Shown here in pieces: positions 15,401-31,600 of a DNA stretch of 64,000 nucleotides. Source of the DNA: the human T2T-CHM13v2.0 reference genome, Homo sapiens; assembly GCF_009914755.1 (NCBI RefSeq), contig NC_060937.1; one strand, given 5' to 3'. Numbering within the stretch: position 1 is the first letter of the stretch; each line of letters opens with the position of its first letter. The translations under genes and the position numbers were made by a program. The notes below the pieces were generated by a model that saw only the letters and a list, made by a program, of their open reading frames with translations, had not been told where the DNA came from and searched no databases.

Positions 15401-18400
15401 TTCCATTCCATTCCATTCCATTCCATTCCATTCCATTAAATTCCACTGTGGTTGATTCCATTCCGTGCTATTCCATTCCATTCCATTCCATTCCATTCCA
15501 ATCCATTCCATTCCACTCCACTCCGGTAGATTCCATTCCATTGCATTCCATTCTATTCCGTTCCATTGCATTCCATTCCACTCGGGTTGATTCCATTCCA
15601 TTCCATTTCATATTATTCCATTCCATTCCGTTCCATTCAATTCCATTCCATACCATTCCACTCGGATTGATTCCATACCATTCCATTCCATTCCACTCGC
15701 GTTGATTACTTTCCATTCCATTCCATTACGTTCCATTCCATTGCATTGCACTCCATTCAATTCCATTTCATTCCACTCCATTCTCTTCCATTCCATTCCA
15801 CTCCATTCCAATCCATTCCATTCCACTCGGGTTGATTCCATTCCATTCCATTCCATTCCATTCCATTCCATTCCATTCCATTCCGTTCCACTCAGGTTGA
15901 TTCCTTTGCATTCCATTCCATTTTATTCCACTGCACTCGCGTTGATTCCATTCCATTCCATTCCATTGCATTCCATTCGTGTTGATTCCATTGCATTCCA
16001 TTCCATCCCACTCCATTCCATTCCATTTCATTCCATTCCAGGTGATTCCATTCCTTTCCATTCCATTCCATTCCATTCCATTCTGTTCCTTTCTACTCGG
16101 GTTGATTCCATTCCATTCCATTTCATTCCATTCGATTTCATTCCACTGGTGTTTATTCCATTCCACTCCATTCCATTCCATTCGGGTGGATTCCAATCCA
16201 TTCCATTCCACTTGGTTGGATTCCATTCCATTCCATTCCATTCCATTCCATTCCATTCCATTCCATTCCATTCCACTCTGGTTGATTCCATTCCATTCCT
16301 TTCCATTTCATTCCATTCAATTCCATTCCAATCCATTCCATTCCATTCCATTCCATTCAACTCTGGTTGATTCCATTCCATTCCTTTCCATTTCATTCCA
16401 TTCCATTCCATTCCAATCCATTCCATTCCACTCCACTCAGTTTGGTTCCATTCCATTTCATTCCATTCCATTCCATTCCATTCCATTCCATTCCATTCCA
16501 TTCCGTTCCATTCCATTCCATTCCACTCGGGTTTATTCCATTCCATTCCATTCCATTTTATTCCATTCCATTCAGTTAGATTCCATTCCGTTCCATACCA
16601 TTCCATTCGGGTTGATTCCATACCATTCCATTCCATTCCACTCGGGTTGATTCTTTTCCATTGCCTTCCATTCCGTTCCATTCCATTCCACTTCATTCCA
16701 TTCCACTCCATTCCATTCTATTGCATTCCACTCCATTCCAATCCATTCCATTCCACTAGAGTTGATTCCATTCCATTCCATTCCATTTCATTCCATTCTA
16801 CTCGGGTTGATTCCATTCCATTCCATTCCATTTTATTCCATTCCATTCCGTTCTATTCCTTTCCATTCCATACCATTCCACTCGGTTTGATTCCATACCA
16901 TTTCATTCCATTCAACTCGGATTGATTCCTTTCCATTCCATTCCATTCCATTCCATTCCATTCCATTCCACTCCATTCCATTCCATTCCATTCCACTCCA
17001 TTCCAATCCATTCCATTCCACTCGGGTTGATTCCATTCCATTCCATTCCATTCCATTCCATTCCATTCTGTTCCACTCAGGTTAATTCTTTTCCATTCCA
17101 TTCCATTCCATTTTATTCCACTCACTCGGGTTGATTCCATTCCATTCCATTCCATTCCATTCCATTGCATTCCATTCCATTGCATTCCATTCGTGTTGAT
17201 TCCATTGCATTCCATTCCATTCCACTCCATTCCATTCCATTTCATTCCATTCCAGTTGATTCCATTCCTTTCCATTCCATTCCATTCCATTCCATTCTGT
17301 TCCTTTCTACTCGGGTTGATTCCATTCCATTCCATTTCATTCCATTCGATTTCATTCCACTGGTGTTTGTTCCATTCCACTTCATTCCATTCCATTCCTT
17401 TCGGGTTTATTCCATTCCATTCCATTCCATTCCATTGCATTCCATTCCTTCCCATTCTATTCCATTCCATTCCATTCCATTTGTGTTGATACCATTCCAT
17501 TCCATTCCATTCCATTCCACTCCATTCCAATCCATTACATTCCACTCGGGTTGAATCCTTTCCATTCCATTCCAAAGCATTCCCTTCCATTCAATTCCAC
17601 TCGGATTCAATCAATTCCATTCTATTCCATTCCGTTCCGTTCCACTCCATTCCATTGCATTCCATACCATTCCATTCCACTCGGGTTGATTCCATTGAAT
17701 TCCATCCCATTCCATTCCATTCCATTCTATTGCATTCCATTCAATTCCATTCCACTCGTGTTGATTCCCTTCCATTCCATTCCATTCCATTCCACTTGGG
17801 TTGATTCCATTCCGTTCCTTTCCATTGCATTCCATTCCATTCCATTCCATTCCATTCCATTCTTTTCCATTCCATTCGTGTTGATGCCATTCCAATCCAT
17901 ACCATTCCATTGCATTTCATTCCATTCCATTCCATTCCTTTCGTGTTGATTCCATTCCATTCCACTCCATTCCAATCCATTACATTCCACTCGGGTTGAA
18001 TCCATTCCTTTCCATTCCAATCCATTCCATTCCTTTCCAATCCATTCCATTCCATTCAATTCCACATGGACTCAATCTATTCTTTCCCTTCCATTCCGTT
18101 CTGTTCAATTCCAGTCCATTGCATTAGATACCAATCCATTCCACTTGGGATGATTCCATTCAATTCCATTATGTTCCGTTCAATTCCATTGTATTCCATT
18201 CCATTCCATTCCACTCGGGTGGATTCCAATCCATTCCATTCCACTCCGGGGGATTCCATTCCATTCCATTCCATTCTATTCCATTCCATTCCATTCCACT
18301 CTGGTTGATTCCATTCCGTTCCTTTCCTTTTCATTCCATTCCATTCCATTCCATTCCAATCCATTGCATTCCAATCCATTCCATTCCACTCCACTCTGGT

Positions 18401-19669
18401 TGATTCCATTCCATTCCATTCCATTCCATTCCATTCCATTCCATTCCATTCCATTCCATTCCACTCGGGTTTATTCCATTCCATTCTATTCTATTTTATT
18501 CCATTCCATTCCGTTCCATTCCATTCCATTCCATAACATTCCACTCGGGTTGATTCCATACCATTCCATTCCATTCCACTCGGGTTGATTCTTTTCCATT
18601 CCATTCCATTCCACACCATTCCATTCTATTCCATTCCACTCCATTCCAATCCATTCCATTCCACTCGAGTTGATTCCATTCCATTCCATTCCATTCCATT
18701 CTGTTCCACTCAGGTTGATTCCTTTCCATTCCATTCCATTTTATTCCACTCCACTCGGTTTGATTCCATTCCATTCCATTCCATTCCATTCCATTGCATT
18801 CCATTCGTGTTGATTCCAATGCATTCCATTCCATTCCACTCCATTCCATTCCATTTCATTCCATTCCAGTTGATTCCATTCCTTTCCATTCCATTCCATT
18901 CCATTCCGTTCCATTCTACTTGGGTTGATTCCATTCCATTCCATTTCATTCCATTCGATTTCATTCCACTGGTGTTTATTCCTTTCCACTCCATTCCATT
19001 CCATTCCATTCGGATTTATTCCATTTCATTCCATTCCATTCCATTCCATTCCATTGCATTCCATTCCTTTCCATTCTATTCCATTCCATTCCATTCCATT
19101 TGTGTTGCTTCCATTCCATTCAACTCCATTCCAATCCATTACATTCCACTCGGGTTGAATCCTTTCCATTCCATTCCAATGCATTCCCTTCCATTCAATT
19201 CCACTCGGATTCAATCAATTCCATTCTATTCCATTCCGTTCTGTTCCACTCCATTCCATTGCATTCCATACCATTTCATTCCACTCGGGTTGATTCCACT
19301 GAATTCCATCCCATTCCATTCCATTCCGTGCTATTGCATTCCATTCCATTCCATTCCACTCGTGTTGATTCCCTTCCATTCCATTCCATTCCATTCCACT
19401 TGGGTTGATTCCATTCCGTTGCTTTCCATTGAATTCCATTCCATTCCATTCCATTCCATTCCGTTCCATTCCATTCGTGTTGATGCCATTCCAATCCATA
19501 CCATTCCATTCCATTCCATTCCATTCCGTTCCATTCCTTTCGTGTTGATTCCATTCCATTCCATTCCACTCCATTCCAATCCATTCCATTCCACTCGGGT
19601 TGAATCCATTCCTTTCCATTCCAATCCATTCCATTCCTTTCCAATCCATTCCATTCCATTCAATTCCAC

Positions 19670-22600
19670 ATAGATTCAGTCTATTCTTTCCCTTCCATTC
19701 CGTTCTGTTCCATTGCAGTCCATTGCATTAGATTCCATTCCATTCCACTCGGGATGATTCCATTCAATTCCATTATATTCCGTTCCATTCCGTTCCTTTC
19801 CAATCCATTCCATTCCATTACATTCCATTCCATTCCAATCCATTCCATTCCACTCCACTCCGGTTGATTCCATTCCATTCCATTCCGTTCCATTCCATTC
19901 CATTCCACTCGGGTTGATTCCATTCCATTCCATTCCACTCCATTCCATTCCATTCCATTCCACTCCTTTCCAATCCATTCCATTCCACTCGGGTTGATTC
20001 CATTCCATTCCATTCCATTCCATTCCATTCCATTCCATTCCATTGCATTCCATTCGTGTTGATTCCATTGCATTCCATTCCATTCCACTCCATTCCATTC
20101 TATTTTATTCCATTCCAGTTGATTCCATTCCTTTCCATTCCATTCTATTCCATTCCATTCCGTTCCATTCTACTCGGGTTGATTCCATTCCATTCCATTT
20201 CATTCCATTCGATTTCATTCCACTGGTGTTTATTCCATTCCACTCCATTCCATTCCATTCCATTCGGGTTTATTCCATTTCATTCCATTCCATTCCATTC
20301 CATTGCATTCCATTCCTTTCCATTCTATTCCATTCCATTCCTTTCCATTTGTGTTGATTCCATTCCATTCCATTCCATTCCATTCCACTCCATTCCGATC
20401 CATTACATTCCACTCGTGTTAAATCCTTTCCAGTCCATTCCAATGCATTCCCTTCCATTCAATTCCACTCGGATTCAATCAATTCCATTCTATTCCATTC
20501 CGTTCTGTTCCACTCCATTCCATTGCATTCCATACCATTCCATTCCACTCGGGTTGATTCCATTGAATTCCATCCCATTCCATTCCATTCCATTCTATTG
20601 CATTCCATTCCATTCCATACCATTCCACTCGGGTTCATTCCATACCATTCCATTCCATTCCATTCCATTCCATTCCATTCGGGTCGATTCCATTCCCATC
20701 CATTCCATTGCATTCCATTCAATTCCATTGCATTCCACTCCATTCCATTACATTCCATTCCACTCTGGTTGATTCCATTCCATTCCATTCCAATGGATTC
20801 CATTCCATTGCTTTCCAAGCCATTCCATTACATTCCATTCCACTCGGATTGATGCCATTCCATTCCATTCCAATCCATTCCATTCCATTTCATTCCATTC
20901 CATTGTATTCAATTCCACTCGGGTTGTTTCCATTCCATTCCAGTAATTTCCATTCCATTCCATTCAATTGCGTTCCATTCCATTCCATTCCATTCCATTT
21001 GACTCAGGTTGATTCCGTTCCATTCCATTCCATTCCATTTCATTCCAGTTTATTCCATTGCATTAAATTCCTTTCCATTCCAATCCATTCCATTCCATTC
21101 CATTCCAATCGGGTTGATTCCATACCATTCCATTCCATTCATTCCTTTCCATTCCATTCCAATCCAGTCGGGTTGATTCCATTCCATTCCTTTCCATTCC
21201 ATTCCATTCCATTCCTTTCCATTCCGTTCCATTCCTTTCGTGTTGATTCCATTCCATTCCATTCCACTCCATTCCAATCCATTACATTCCACTCGGGTTG
21301 AATCCATTCCTTTCCATTCCAATCCATTCCATTCCTTTCCAATCCATTCCATTCCATTCAATTCCACATGGATTCAGTCTATTCTTTCCCTTCCATTCCG
21401 TTCTGTTCCATTCCAGTCCATTGCATTAGATTCCATTCCATTCCACTCGGGATGATTCCATTCAATTCCATTATATTCCGTTCCATTCCGTTCCTTTCCA
21501 TTCCATTCCATTCCATTCCATTCCATTCCATTCCAATCCATTCCATTCCACTCCACTCCGGTTGATTCCATTCCATTCCATTCCGTTCCATTCCATTCCA
21601 TTCCACTCGGGTTGATTCCATTCCATTCCATTCCATTCCATTCCATTCCATTCCATTGCATTCCATTCGTGTTGATTCCATTGCATTCCATTCCATTCCA
21701 CTCCATTCCATTCCATTTTATTCCATTCCAGTTGATTCCATTCCTTTCCATTCCATTCTATTCCATTCCATTCCGTTCCATTCTACTCGGGTTGATTCCA
21801 TTCCATTCCATTTCATTCCATTCGATTTCATTCCACTGGTGTTTATTCCATTCCACTCCATTCCATTCCATTCCATTCGGGTTTATTCCATTCCATTGCA
21901 TTCCATTCCATTCCATTGCATTCCATTCCTTTCCATTCTATTCCATTCCATTCCTTTCCATTTGTGTTGATTCCATTCCATTCCATTCCATTCCATTCCA
22001 CTCCATTCCGATCCATTACATTCCACTCGTGTTAAATCCTTTCCAGTCCATTCCAATGCATTCCCTTCCATTCAATTCCACTCGGATTCAATCAATTCCA
22101 TTCTATTCCATTCCGTTCTGTTCCACTCCATTCCATTGCATTCCATACCATTCCATTCCACTCAGGTTGATTCCATTGAATTCCATCCCATTCCATTCCA
22201 TTCCATTCTATTGCATTCCATTCCATTCCATACCATTCCACTCGGGTTCATTCCATACCATTCCATTCCATTCCATTCCATTCCAATCGGGTCGATTCCA
22301 TTCCCATCCATTCCATTGCATTCCATTCAATTCCATTGCATTCCACTCCATTCCATTACATTCCATTCCACTCTGGTTGATTCCATTCCATTCCATTTCA
22401 ATGGATTCCATTCCATTGCTTTCCAAGCCATTCCATTACATTCCATTCCACTCGGATTGATGCCATTCCATTCCATTCCAATCCATTCCATTCCATTTCA
22501 TTCCATTCCATTGTATTCAATTCCACTCGGGTTGTTTCCATTCCATTCCAGTAATTTCCATTCCATTCCATTCAATTGCGTTCCATTCCATTCCATTCCA

Positions 22601-25600
22601 TTCCATTTGACTCAGGTTGATTCCGTTCCATTCCATTCCATTCCATTTCATTCCAGTTGATTCCATTGCATTAAATTCCTTTCCATTCCAATCCATTCCA
22701 TTCCATTCCATTCCAATCGGGTTGATTCCATACCATTCCATTCCATTCATTCCTTTCCATTCCATTCCAATCCAGTCGGGTTGATTCCATTCCATTCCTT
22801 TCCATTCCATTCCATTCCTTTCCATTCCAATCCTCTTGGGTTGATTCCGTTGCATTCCGTTCCTTTCCAAGGCACTTGGGTTGATTCCGTTCCCTTCCCT
22901 TCCATTCCATTCCATTCCATTACATTCCATTACATTCCATTCCATTCATTTACATTACACTCCGGTTGATTCCATAGCATTCCATTCCATTCCTTTCCAT
23001 TCCATTCCATCCCATTCGTGTTGATTGCATTCTATTCTGTTCCATTCCATTCCATTCCATTCCATACCATTCCACTCGGCTTGATTCCATACCATTCCAT
23101 TCCATTCCACTCGAGTTGATTCCATTCCATTCCATTCCATTCCATTCCATTCCATTCCATTCCATTCCATTCCATATCACTCCATTCCATTCCAGTCCAT
23201 TCCACTCCATTCCATTCCATTCCATTCCACTCGGGTTGATTCCATTCCATTCCATTCCACTCTACTCCACTCCTTTGCATTCCATTCCACTCGGGTTGAT
23301 TCCATTCCATTCCATTCCAATCCATTCCATTCTATTCAATTCCACATGGATTCAATCTATTCTTTCCATTCCATTCCGTTCTGTTCCATTCCATTCCATT
23401 GCATTAGATACCATTCCATTCCACTCGGGATGATTCCATTCAATTCCATTATATTCCGTTCAATTCCATTGTATTCCATTCCATTCCATTCCACTCGGGT
23501 GGATTCCAATCCATACCATTCTACTCCGGGGGATCCCATTCCATTCCATTCCATTCCATTCCATTCCATTCCATTCCACTCTGGTTGATTCCATTCCGTT
23601 CCTTTCCTTTTCATTCCATTCCATTCCATTCCATTCCATTCCATTCCATTCCATTCCAATCCATTCCATTCCACTCCACTCTGGTTGATTCCATTCCATT
23701 CCATTCCATTCGATTCCATTCCATTCCATTCCACTCGGGTTGATTCCATTCCATTCCATTCCATTTTATTCCATTCCATTCCGTTCCATTCCAATCCATT
23801 CCATTCCACTCCACTCCGGTTGATTCCATTCCATTCCATTCCGTTCCATTCCATTCCATTCCACTCGGGTTGATTCCATTCCATTCCATACCACTCCATT
23901 CCATTCCATTCCATTCCACTCCTTTCCAATCCATTCCATTCCACTCGGGTTGATTCCATTCCATTCCATTCCATTCCATTCCATTCCATTCCATTGCATT
24001 CCATTCGTGTTGATTCCATTGCATTCCATTCCATTCCACTCCATTCCATTCCATTTTATTCCATTCCAGTTGATTCCATTCCTTTCCATTCCATTCTATT
24101 CCATTCCATTCCGTTCCATTCTACTCGGGTTGATTCCATTCCATTCCATTTCATTCCATTCGATTTCATTCCACTGGTGTTTATTCCATTCCACTCCATT
24201 CCATTCCATTCCATTCGGGTTTATTCCATTTCATTCCATTCCATTCCATTCCATTGCATTCCATTCCTTTCCATTCTATTCCATTCCATTCCTTTCCATT
24301 TGTGTTGATTCCATTCCATTCCATTCCATTCCATTCCACTGCATTCCGATCCATTACATTCCACTCGTGTTAAATCCTTTCCAGTCCATTCCAATGCATT
24401 CCCTTCCATTCAATTCCACTCGGATTCAATCAATTCCATTCTATTCCATTCCGTTCTGTTCCACTCCATTCCATTGCATTCCATACCATTCCATTCCACT
24501 CGGGTTGATTCCATTGAATTCCATCCCATTCCATTCCATTCCATTCTATTGCATTCCATTCCATTCCATACCATTCCACTCGGGTTCATTCCATACCATT
24601 CCATTCCATTCCATTCCATTCGGGTCGATTCCATTCCCATCCATTCCATTGCATTCCATTCAATTCCATTGCATTCCACTCCATTCCATTACATTCCATT
24701 CCACTCTGGTTGATTCCATTCCATTCCATTCCAATGGATTCCATTCCATTGCTTTCCAAGCCATTCCATTACATTCCATTCCACTCGGATTGATGCCATT
24801 CCATTCCATTCCAATCCATTCCATTCCATTTCATTCCATTCCATTGTATTCAATTCCACTCGGGTTGTTTCCATTCCATTCCAGTAATTTCCATTCCATT
24901 CCATTCAATTGCGTTCCATTCCATTCCATTCCATTCCATTTGACTCAGGTTGATTCCGTTCCATTCCATTCCATTCCATTTCATTCCAGTTGATTCCATT
25001 GCATTAAATTCCTTTCCATTCCAATCCATTCCATTCCATTCCATTCCAATCGGGTTGATTCCATACCATTCCATTCCATTCATTCCTTTCCATTCCATTC
25101 CAATCCAGTCGGGTTGATTCCATTCCATTCCTTTCCATTCCATTCCATTCCTTTCCATTCCGTTCCATTCCTTTCGTGTTGATTCCATTCCATTCCATTC
25201 CACTCCATTCCAATCCATTACATTCCACTCGGGTTGAATCCATTCCTTTCCATTCCAATCCATTCCATTCCTTTCCAATCCATTCCATTCCATTCAATTC
25301 CACATGGATTCAGTCTATTCTTTCCCTTCCATTCCGTTCTGTTCCATTCCAGTCCATTGCATTAGATTCCATTCCATTCCACTCGGGATGATTCCATTCA
25401 ATTCCATTATATTCCGTTCCATTCCGTTCCTTTCCATTCCATTCCATTCCATTCCATTCCATTCCATTCCAATCCATTCCATTCCACTCCACTCCGGTTG
25501 ATTCCATTCCATTCCATTCCGTTCCATTCCATTCCATTCCACTCGGGTTGATTCCATTCCATTCCATACCACTCCATTCCATTCCATTCCATTCCACTCC

Positions 25601-28600
25601 TTTCCAATCCATTCCATTCCACTCGGGTTGATTCCATTCCATTCCATTCCATTCCATTCCATTGCATTCCATTCGTGTTGATTCCATTGCATTCCATTCC
25701 ATTCCACTCCATTCCATTCCATTTTATTCCATTCCAGTTGATTCCATTCCTTTCCATTCCATTCTATTCCATTCCATTCCGTTCCATTCTACTCGGGTTG
25801 ATTCCATTCCATTCCATTTCATTCCATTCGATTTCATTCCACTGGTGTTTATTCCATTCCACTCCATTCCATTCCATTCCATTCGGGTTTATTCCATTTC
25901 ATTCCATTCCATTCAATTCCATTGCATTCCATTCCATTCCATTGCATTCCATTCCTTTCCATTCTATTCCATTCCATTCCTTTCCATTTGTGTTGATTCC
26001 ATTCCATTCCATTCCATTCCATTCCACTCCATTCCGATCCATTACATTCCACTCGTGTTAAATCCTTTCCAGTCCATTCCAATGCATTCCCTTCCATTCA
26101 ATTCCACTCGGATTCAATCAATTCCATTCTATTCCATTCCGTTCTGTTCCACTCCATTCCATTGCATTCCATACCATTCCATTCCACTCGGGTTGATTCC
26201 ATTGAATTCCATCTCATTCCATTCCATTCCATTCTATTGCATTCCATTCCATTCCATACCATTCCACTCGGGTTCATTCCATACCATTCCATTCCATTCC
26301 ATTCCATTCCATTCGGGTCGATTCCATTCCCATCCATTCCATTGCATTCCATTCAATTCCATTGCATTCCACTCCATTCCATTACATTCCATTCCACTCT
26401 GGTTGATTCCATTCCATTCCATTCCAATGGATTCCATTCCATTGCTTTCTAAGCCATTCCATTACATTCCATTCCACTCGGATTGATGCCATTCCATTCC
26501 ATTCCAATCCATTCCATTCCATTTCATTCCATTCCATTGTATTCAATTCCACTCGGGTTGTTTCCATTCCATTCCAGTAATTTCCATTCCATTCCATTCA
26601 ATTGCGTTCCATTCCATTCCATTCCATTCCATTTGACTCAGGTTGATTCCGTTCCATTCCATTCCATTCCATTTCATTCCAGTTTATTCCATTGCATTAA
26701 ATTCCTTTCCATTCCAATCCATTCCATTCCATTCCATTCCAATCGGGTTGATTCCATACCATTCCATTCCATTCATTCCTTTCCATTCCATTCCAATCCA
26801 GTCGGGTTGATTCCATTCCATTCCTTTCCATTCCATTCCATTCCTTTCCATTCCGTTCCATTCCTTTCGTGTTGATTCCATTCCATTCCATTCCACTCCA
26901 TTCCAATCCATTACATTCCACTCGGGTTGAATCCATTCCTTTCCATTCCAATCCATTCCATTCCTTTCCAATCCATTCCATTCCATTCAATTCCACATGG
27001 ATTCAGTCTATTCTTTCCCTTCCATTCCGTTCTGTTCCATTCCAGTCCATTGCATTAGATTCCATTCCATTCCACTCGGGATGATTCCATTCAATTCCAT
27101 TATATTCCGTTCCATTCCGTTCCTTTCCATTCCATTCCATTCCATTCCAATCCATTCCATTCCACTCCACTCCGGTTGATTCCATTCCATTCCATTCCGT
27201 TCCATTCCATTCCATTCCACTCGGGTTGATTCCATTCCATTCCATACCACTCCATTCCATTCCATTCCATTCCACTCCTTTCCAATCCATTCCATTCCAC
27301 TCGGGTTGATTCCATTCCATTCCATTCCATTCCATTCCATTCCATTCCATTGCATTCCATTCGTGTTGATTCCATTGCATTCCATTCCATTCCACTCCAT
27401 TCCATTCCATTTTATTCCATTCCAGTTGATTCCATTCCTTTCCATTCCATTCTATTCCATTCCATTCCGTTCCATTCTACTCGGGTTGATTCCATTCCAT
27501 TCCATTTCATTCCATTCGATTTCATTCCACTGGTGTTTATTCCATTCCACTCCATTCCATTCCATTCCATTCGGGTTTATTCCATTTCATTCCATTCCAT
27601 TCAATTCCATTGCATTCCATTCCATTCCTTTCCATTCTATTCCATTCCATTCCTTTCCATTTGTGTTGATTCCATTCCATTCCATTCCATTCCATTCCAC
27701 TCCATTCCGATCCATTACATTCCACTCGTGTTAAATCCTTTCCAGTCCATTCCAATGCATTCCCTTCCATTCAATTCCACTCGGATTCAATCAATTCCAT
27801 TCTATTCCATTCCGTTCTGTTCCACTCCATTCCATTGCATTCCATACCATTCCATTCCACTCGGGTTGATTCCATTGAATTCCATCCCATTCCATTCCAT
27901 TCCATTCTATTGCATTCCATTCCATTCCATACCATTCCACTCGGGTTCATTCCATACCATTCCATTCCATTCCATTCCATTCCATTCGGGTCGATTCCAT
28001 TCCCATCCATTCCATTGCATTCCATTCAATTCCATTGCATTCCACTCCATTCCATTACATTCCATTCCACTCTGGTTGATTCCATTCCATTCCATTCCAA
28101 TGGATTCCATTCCATTGCTTTCCAAGCCATTCCATTACATTCCATTCCACTCGGATTGATGCCATTCCATTCCATTCCAATCCATTCCATTCCATTTCAT
28201 TCCATTCCATTGTATTCAATTCCACTCGGGTTGTTTCCATTCCATTCCAGTAATTTCCATTCCATTCCATTCAATTGCGTTCCATTCCATTCCATTCCAT
28301 TCCATTTGACTCAGGTTGATTCCGTTCCATTCCATTCCATTCCATTTCATTCCAGTTTATTCCATTGCATTAAATTCCTTTCCATTCCAATCCATTCCAT
28401 TCCATTCCATTCCAATCGGGTTGATTCCATACCATTCCATTCCATTCATTCCTTTCCATTCCATTCCAATCCAGTCGGGTTGATTCCATTCCATTCCTTT
28501 CCATTCCATTCCATTCCATTCCTTTCCATTCCGTTCCATTCCTTTCGTGTTGATTCCATTCCATTCCATTCCACTCCATTCCAATCCATTACATTCCACT

Positions 28601-31600
28601 CGGGTTGAATCCATTCCTTTCCATTCCAATCCATTCCATTCCTTTCCAATCCATTCCATTCCATTCAATTCCACATGGATTCAGTCTATTCTTTCCCTTC
28701 CATTCCGTTCTGTTCCATTCCAGTCCATTGCATTAGATTCCATTCCATTCCACTCGGGATGATTCCATTCAATTCCATTATATTCCGTTCCATTCCGTTC
28801 CTTTCCATTCCATTCCATTCCATTCCATTCCATTCCATTCCAATCCATTCCATTCCACTCCACTCCGGTTGATTCCATTCCATTCCATTCCGTTCCATTC
28901 CATTCCATTCCACTCGGGTTGATTCCATTCCATTCCATACCACTCCATTCCATTCCATTCCATTCCACTCCTTTCCAATCCATTCCATTCCACTCGGGTT
29001 GATTCCATTCCATTCCATTCCATTCCATTCCATTCCATTCCATTGCATTCCATTCGTGTTGATTCCATTGCATTCCATTCCATTCCACTCCATTCCATTC
29101 CATTTTATTCCATTCCAGTTGATTCCATTCCTTTCCATTCCATTCTATTCCATTCCATTCCGTTCCATTCTACTCGGGTTGATTCCATTCCATTCCATTT
29201 CATTCCATTCGATTTCATTCCACTGGTGTTTATTCCATTCCACTCCATTCCATTCCATTCCATTCGGGTTTATTCCATTCTATTCCATTCCATTCCATTC
29301 CATTGCATTCCATTCCTTTCCATTCTATTCCATTCCATTCCTTTCCATTTGTGTTGATTCCATTCCATTCCATTCCATTCCATTCCACTCCATTCCGATC
29401 CATTACTTTCCACTCGTGTTAAATCCTTTCCAGTCCATTCCAATGCATTCCCTTCCATTCAATTCCACTCGGATTCAATCAATTCCATTCTATTCCATTC
29501 CGTTCTGTTCCACTCCATTCCATTGCATTCCATACCATTCCATTCCACTCAGGTTGATTCCATTGAATTCCATCCCATTCCATTCCATTCCATTCTATTG
29601 CATTCCATTCCATTCCATACCATTCCACTCGGGTTCATTCCATACCATTCCATTCCATTCCATTCCATTCCATTCGGGTCGATTCCATTCCCATCCATTC
29701 CATTGCATTCCATTCAATTCCATTGCATTCCACTCCATTCCATTACATTCCATTCCACTCTGGTTGATTCCATTCCATTCCATTCCAATGGATTCCATTC
29801 CATTGCTTTCCAAGCCATTCCATTACATTCCATTCCACTCGGATTGATGCCATTCCATTCCATTCCAATCCATTCCATTCCATTTCATTCCATTCCATTG
29901 TATTCAATTCCACTCGGGTTGTTTCCATTCCATTCCAGTAATTTCCATTCCATTCCATTCAATTGCGTTCCATTCCATTCCATTCCATTCCATTTGACTC
30001 AGGTTGATTCCGTTCCATTCCATTCCATTCCATTTCATTCCAGTTGATTCCATTGCATTAAATTCCTTTCCATTCCAATCCATTCCATTCCATTCCATTC
30101 CAATCGGGTTGATTCCATACCATTCCATTCCATTCATTCCTTTCCATTCCATTCCAATCCAGTCGGGTTGATTCCATTCCATTCCTTTCCATTCCATTCC
30201 ATTCCTTTCCATTCCAATCCTCTTGGGTTGATTCCGTTGCATTCCGTTCCTTTCCAAGGCACTTGGGTTGATTCCGTTCCCTTCCCTTCCATTCCATTCC
30301 ATTCCATTACATTCCATTACATTCCATTCCATTCATTTACATTACACTCCGGTTGATTCCATAGCATTCCATTCCATTCCTTTCCATTCCATTCCATCCC
30401 ATTCGTGTTGATTCCATTCTATTCTGTTCCATTCCATTCCATTGCATTCCATACCATTCCACTCGGCTTGATTCCATACCATTCCATTCCATTCCACTCG
30501 AGTTGATTCCATTCCATTCCATTCCCTTCCATTCCATTCCATTCCATTCCACTCCATTCCATTCCATTCCATATCACTCCATTCCATTCCAGTCCATTCC
30601 ACTCCATTCCATTCCATTCCATTCCACTCGGGTTGATTCCATTCCATTCCATTCCACTCTACTCCACTCCTTTGCATTCCATTCCACTCGGGTTGATTCC
30701 ATTCCATTCCATTCCAATCCATTCCATTCTATTCAATTCCACATGGATTCAATCTATTCTTTCCATTCCATTCCGTTCTGTTCCATTCCATTCCATTGCA
30801 TTAGATACCATTCCATTCCACTCGGGATGATTCCATTCAATTCCATTATATTCCGTTCAATTCCATTGTATTCCATTCCATTCCATTCCACTCGGGTGGA
30901 TTCCAATCCATACCATTCTACTCCGGGGGATCCCATTCCATTCCATTCCATTCCATTCCACTCTGGTTGATTCCATTCCGTTCCTTTCCTTTTCATTCCA
31001 TTCCATTCCATTCCATTCCATTCCATTCCATTCCATTCCATTCCAATCCATTCCATTCCACTCCACTCTGGTTGATTCCATTCCATTCCATTCCATTCGA
31101 TTCCATTCCATTCCATTCCACTCGGGTTGATTCCATTCCATTCCATTCCATTTTATTCCATTCCATTCCGTTCCATTCCAATCCATTCCATTCCACTCCA
31201 CTCCGGTTGATTCCATTCCATTCCATTCCGTTCCATTCCATTCCATTCCACTCGGGTTGATTCCATTCCATTCCATACCACTCCATTCCATTCCATTCCA
31301 TTCCACTCCTTTCCAATCCATTCCATTCCACTCGGGTTGATTCCATTCCATTCCATTCCATTCCATTCCATTCCATTCCATTCCATTGCATTCCATTCGT
31401 GTTGATTCCATTGCATTCCATTCCATTCCACTCCATTCCATTCCATTTTATTCCATTCCAGTTGATTCCATTCCTTTCCATTCCATTCTATTCCATTCCA
31501 TTCCGTTCCATTCTACTCGGGTTGATTCCATTCCATTCCATTTCATTCCATTCGATTTCATTCCACTGGTGTTTATTCCATTCCACTCCATTCCATTCCA

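Noticed and set aside
20560-20575. Canonical heat-shock elements at the recurring TTGAATTCC / TTGAATCC words
   Set aside because: The spacing does not give the inverted nGAAnnTTCn array. These are single-base pentamer variants, some creating EcoRI sites.
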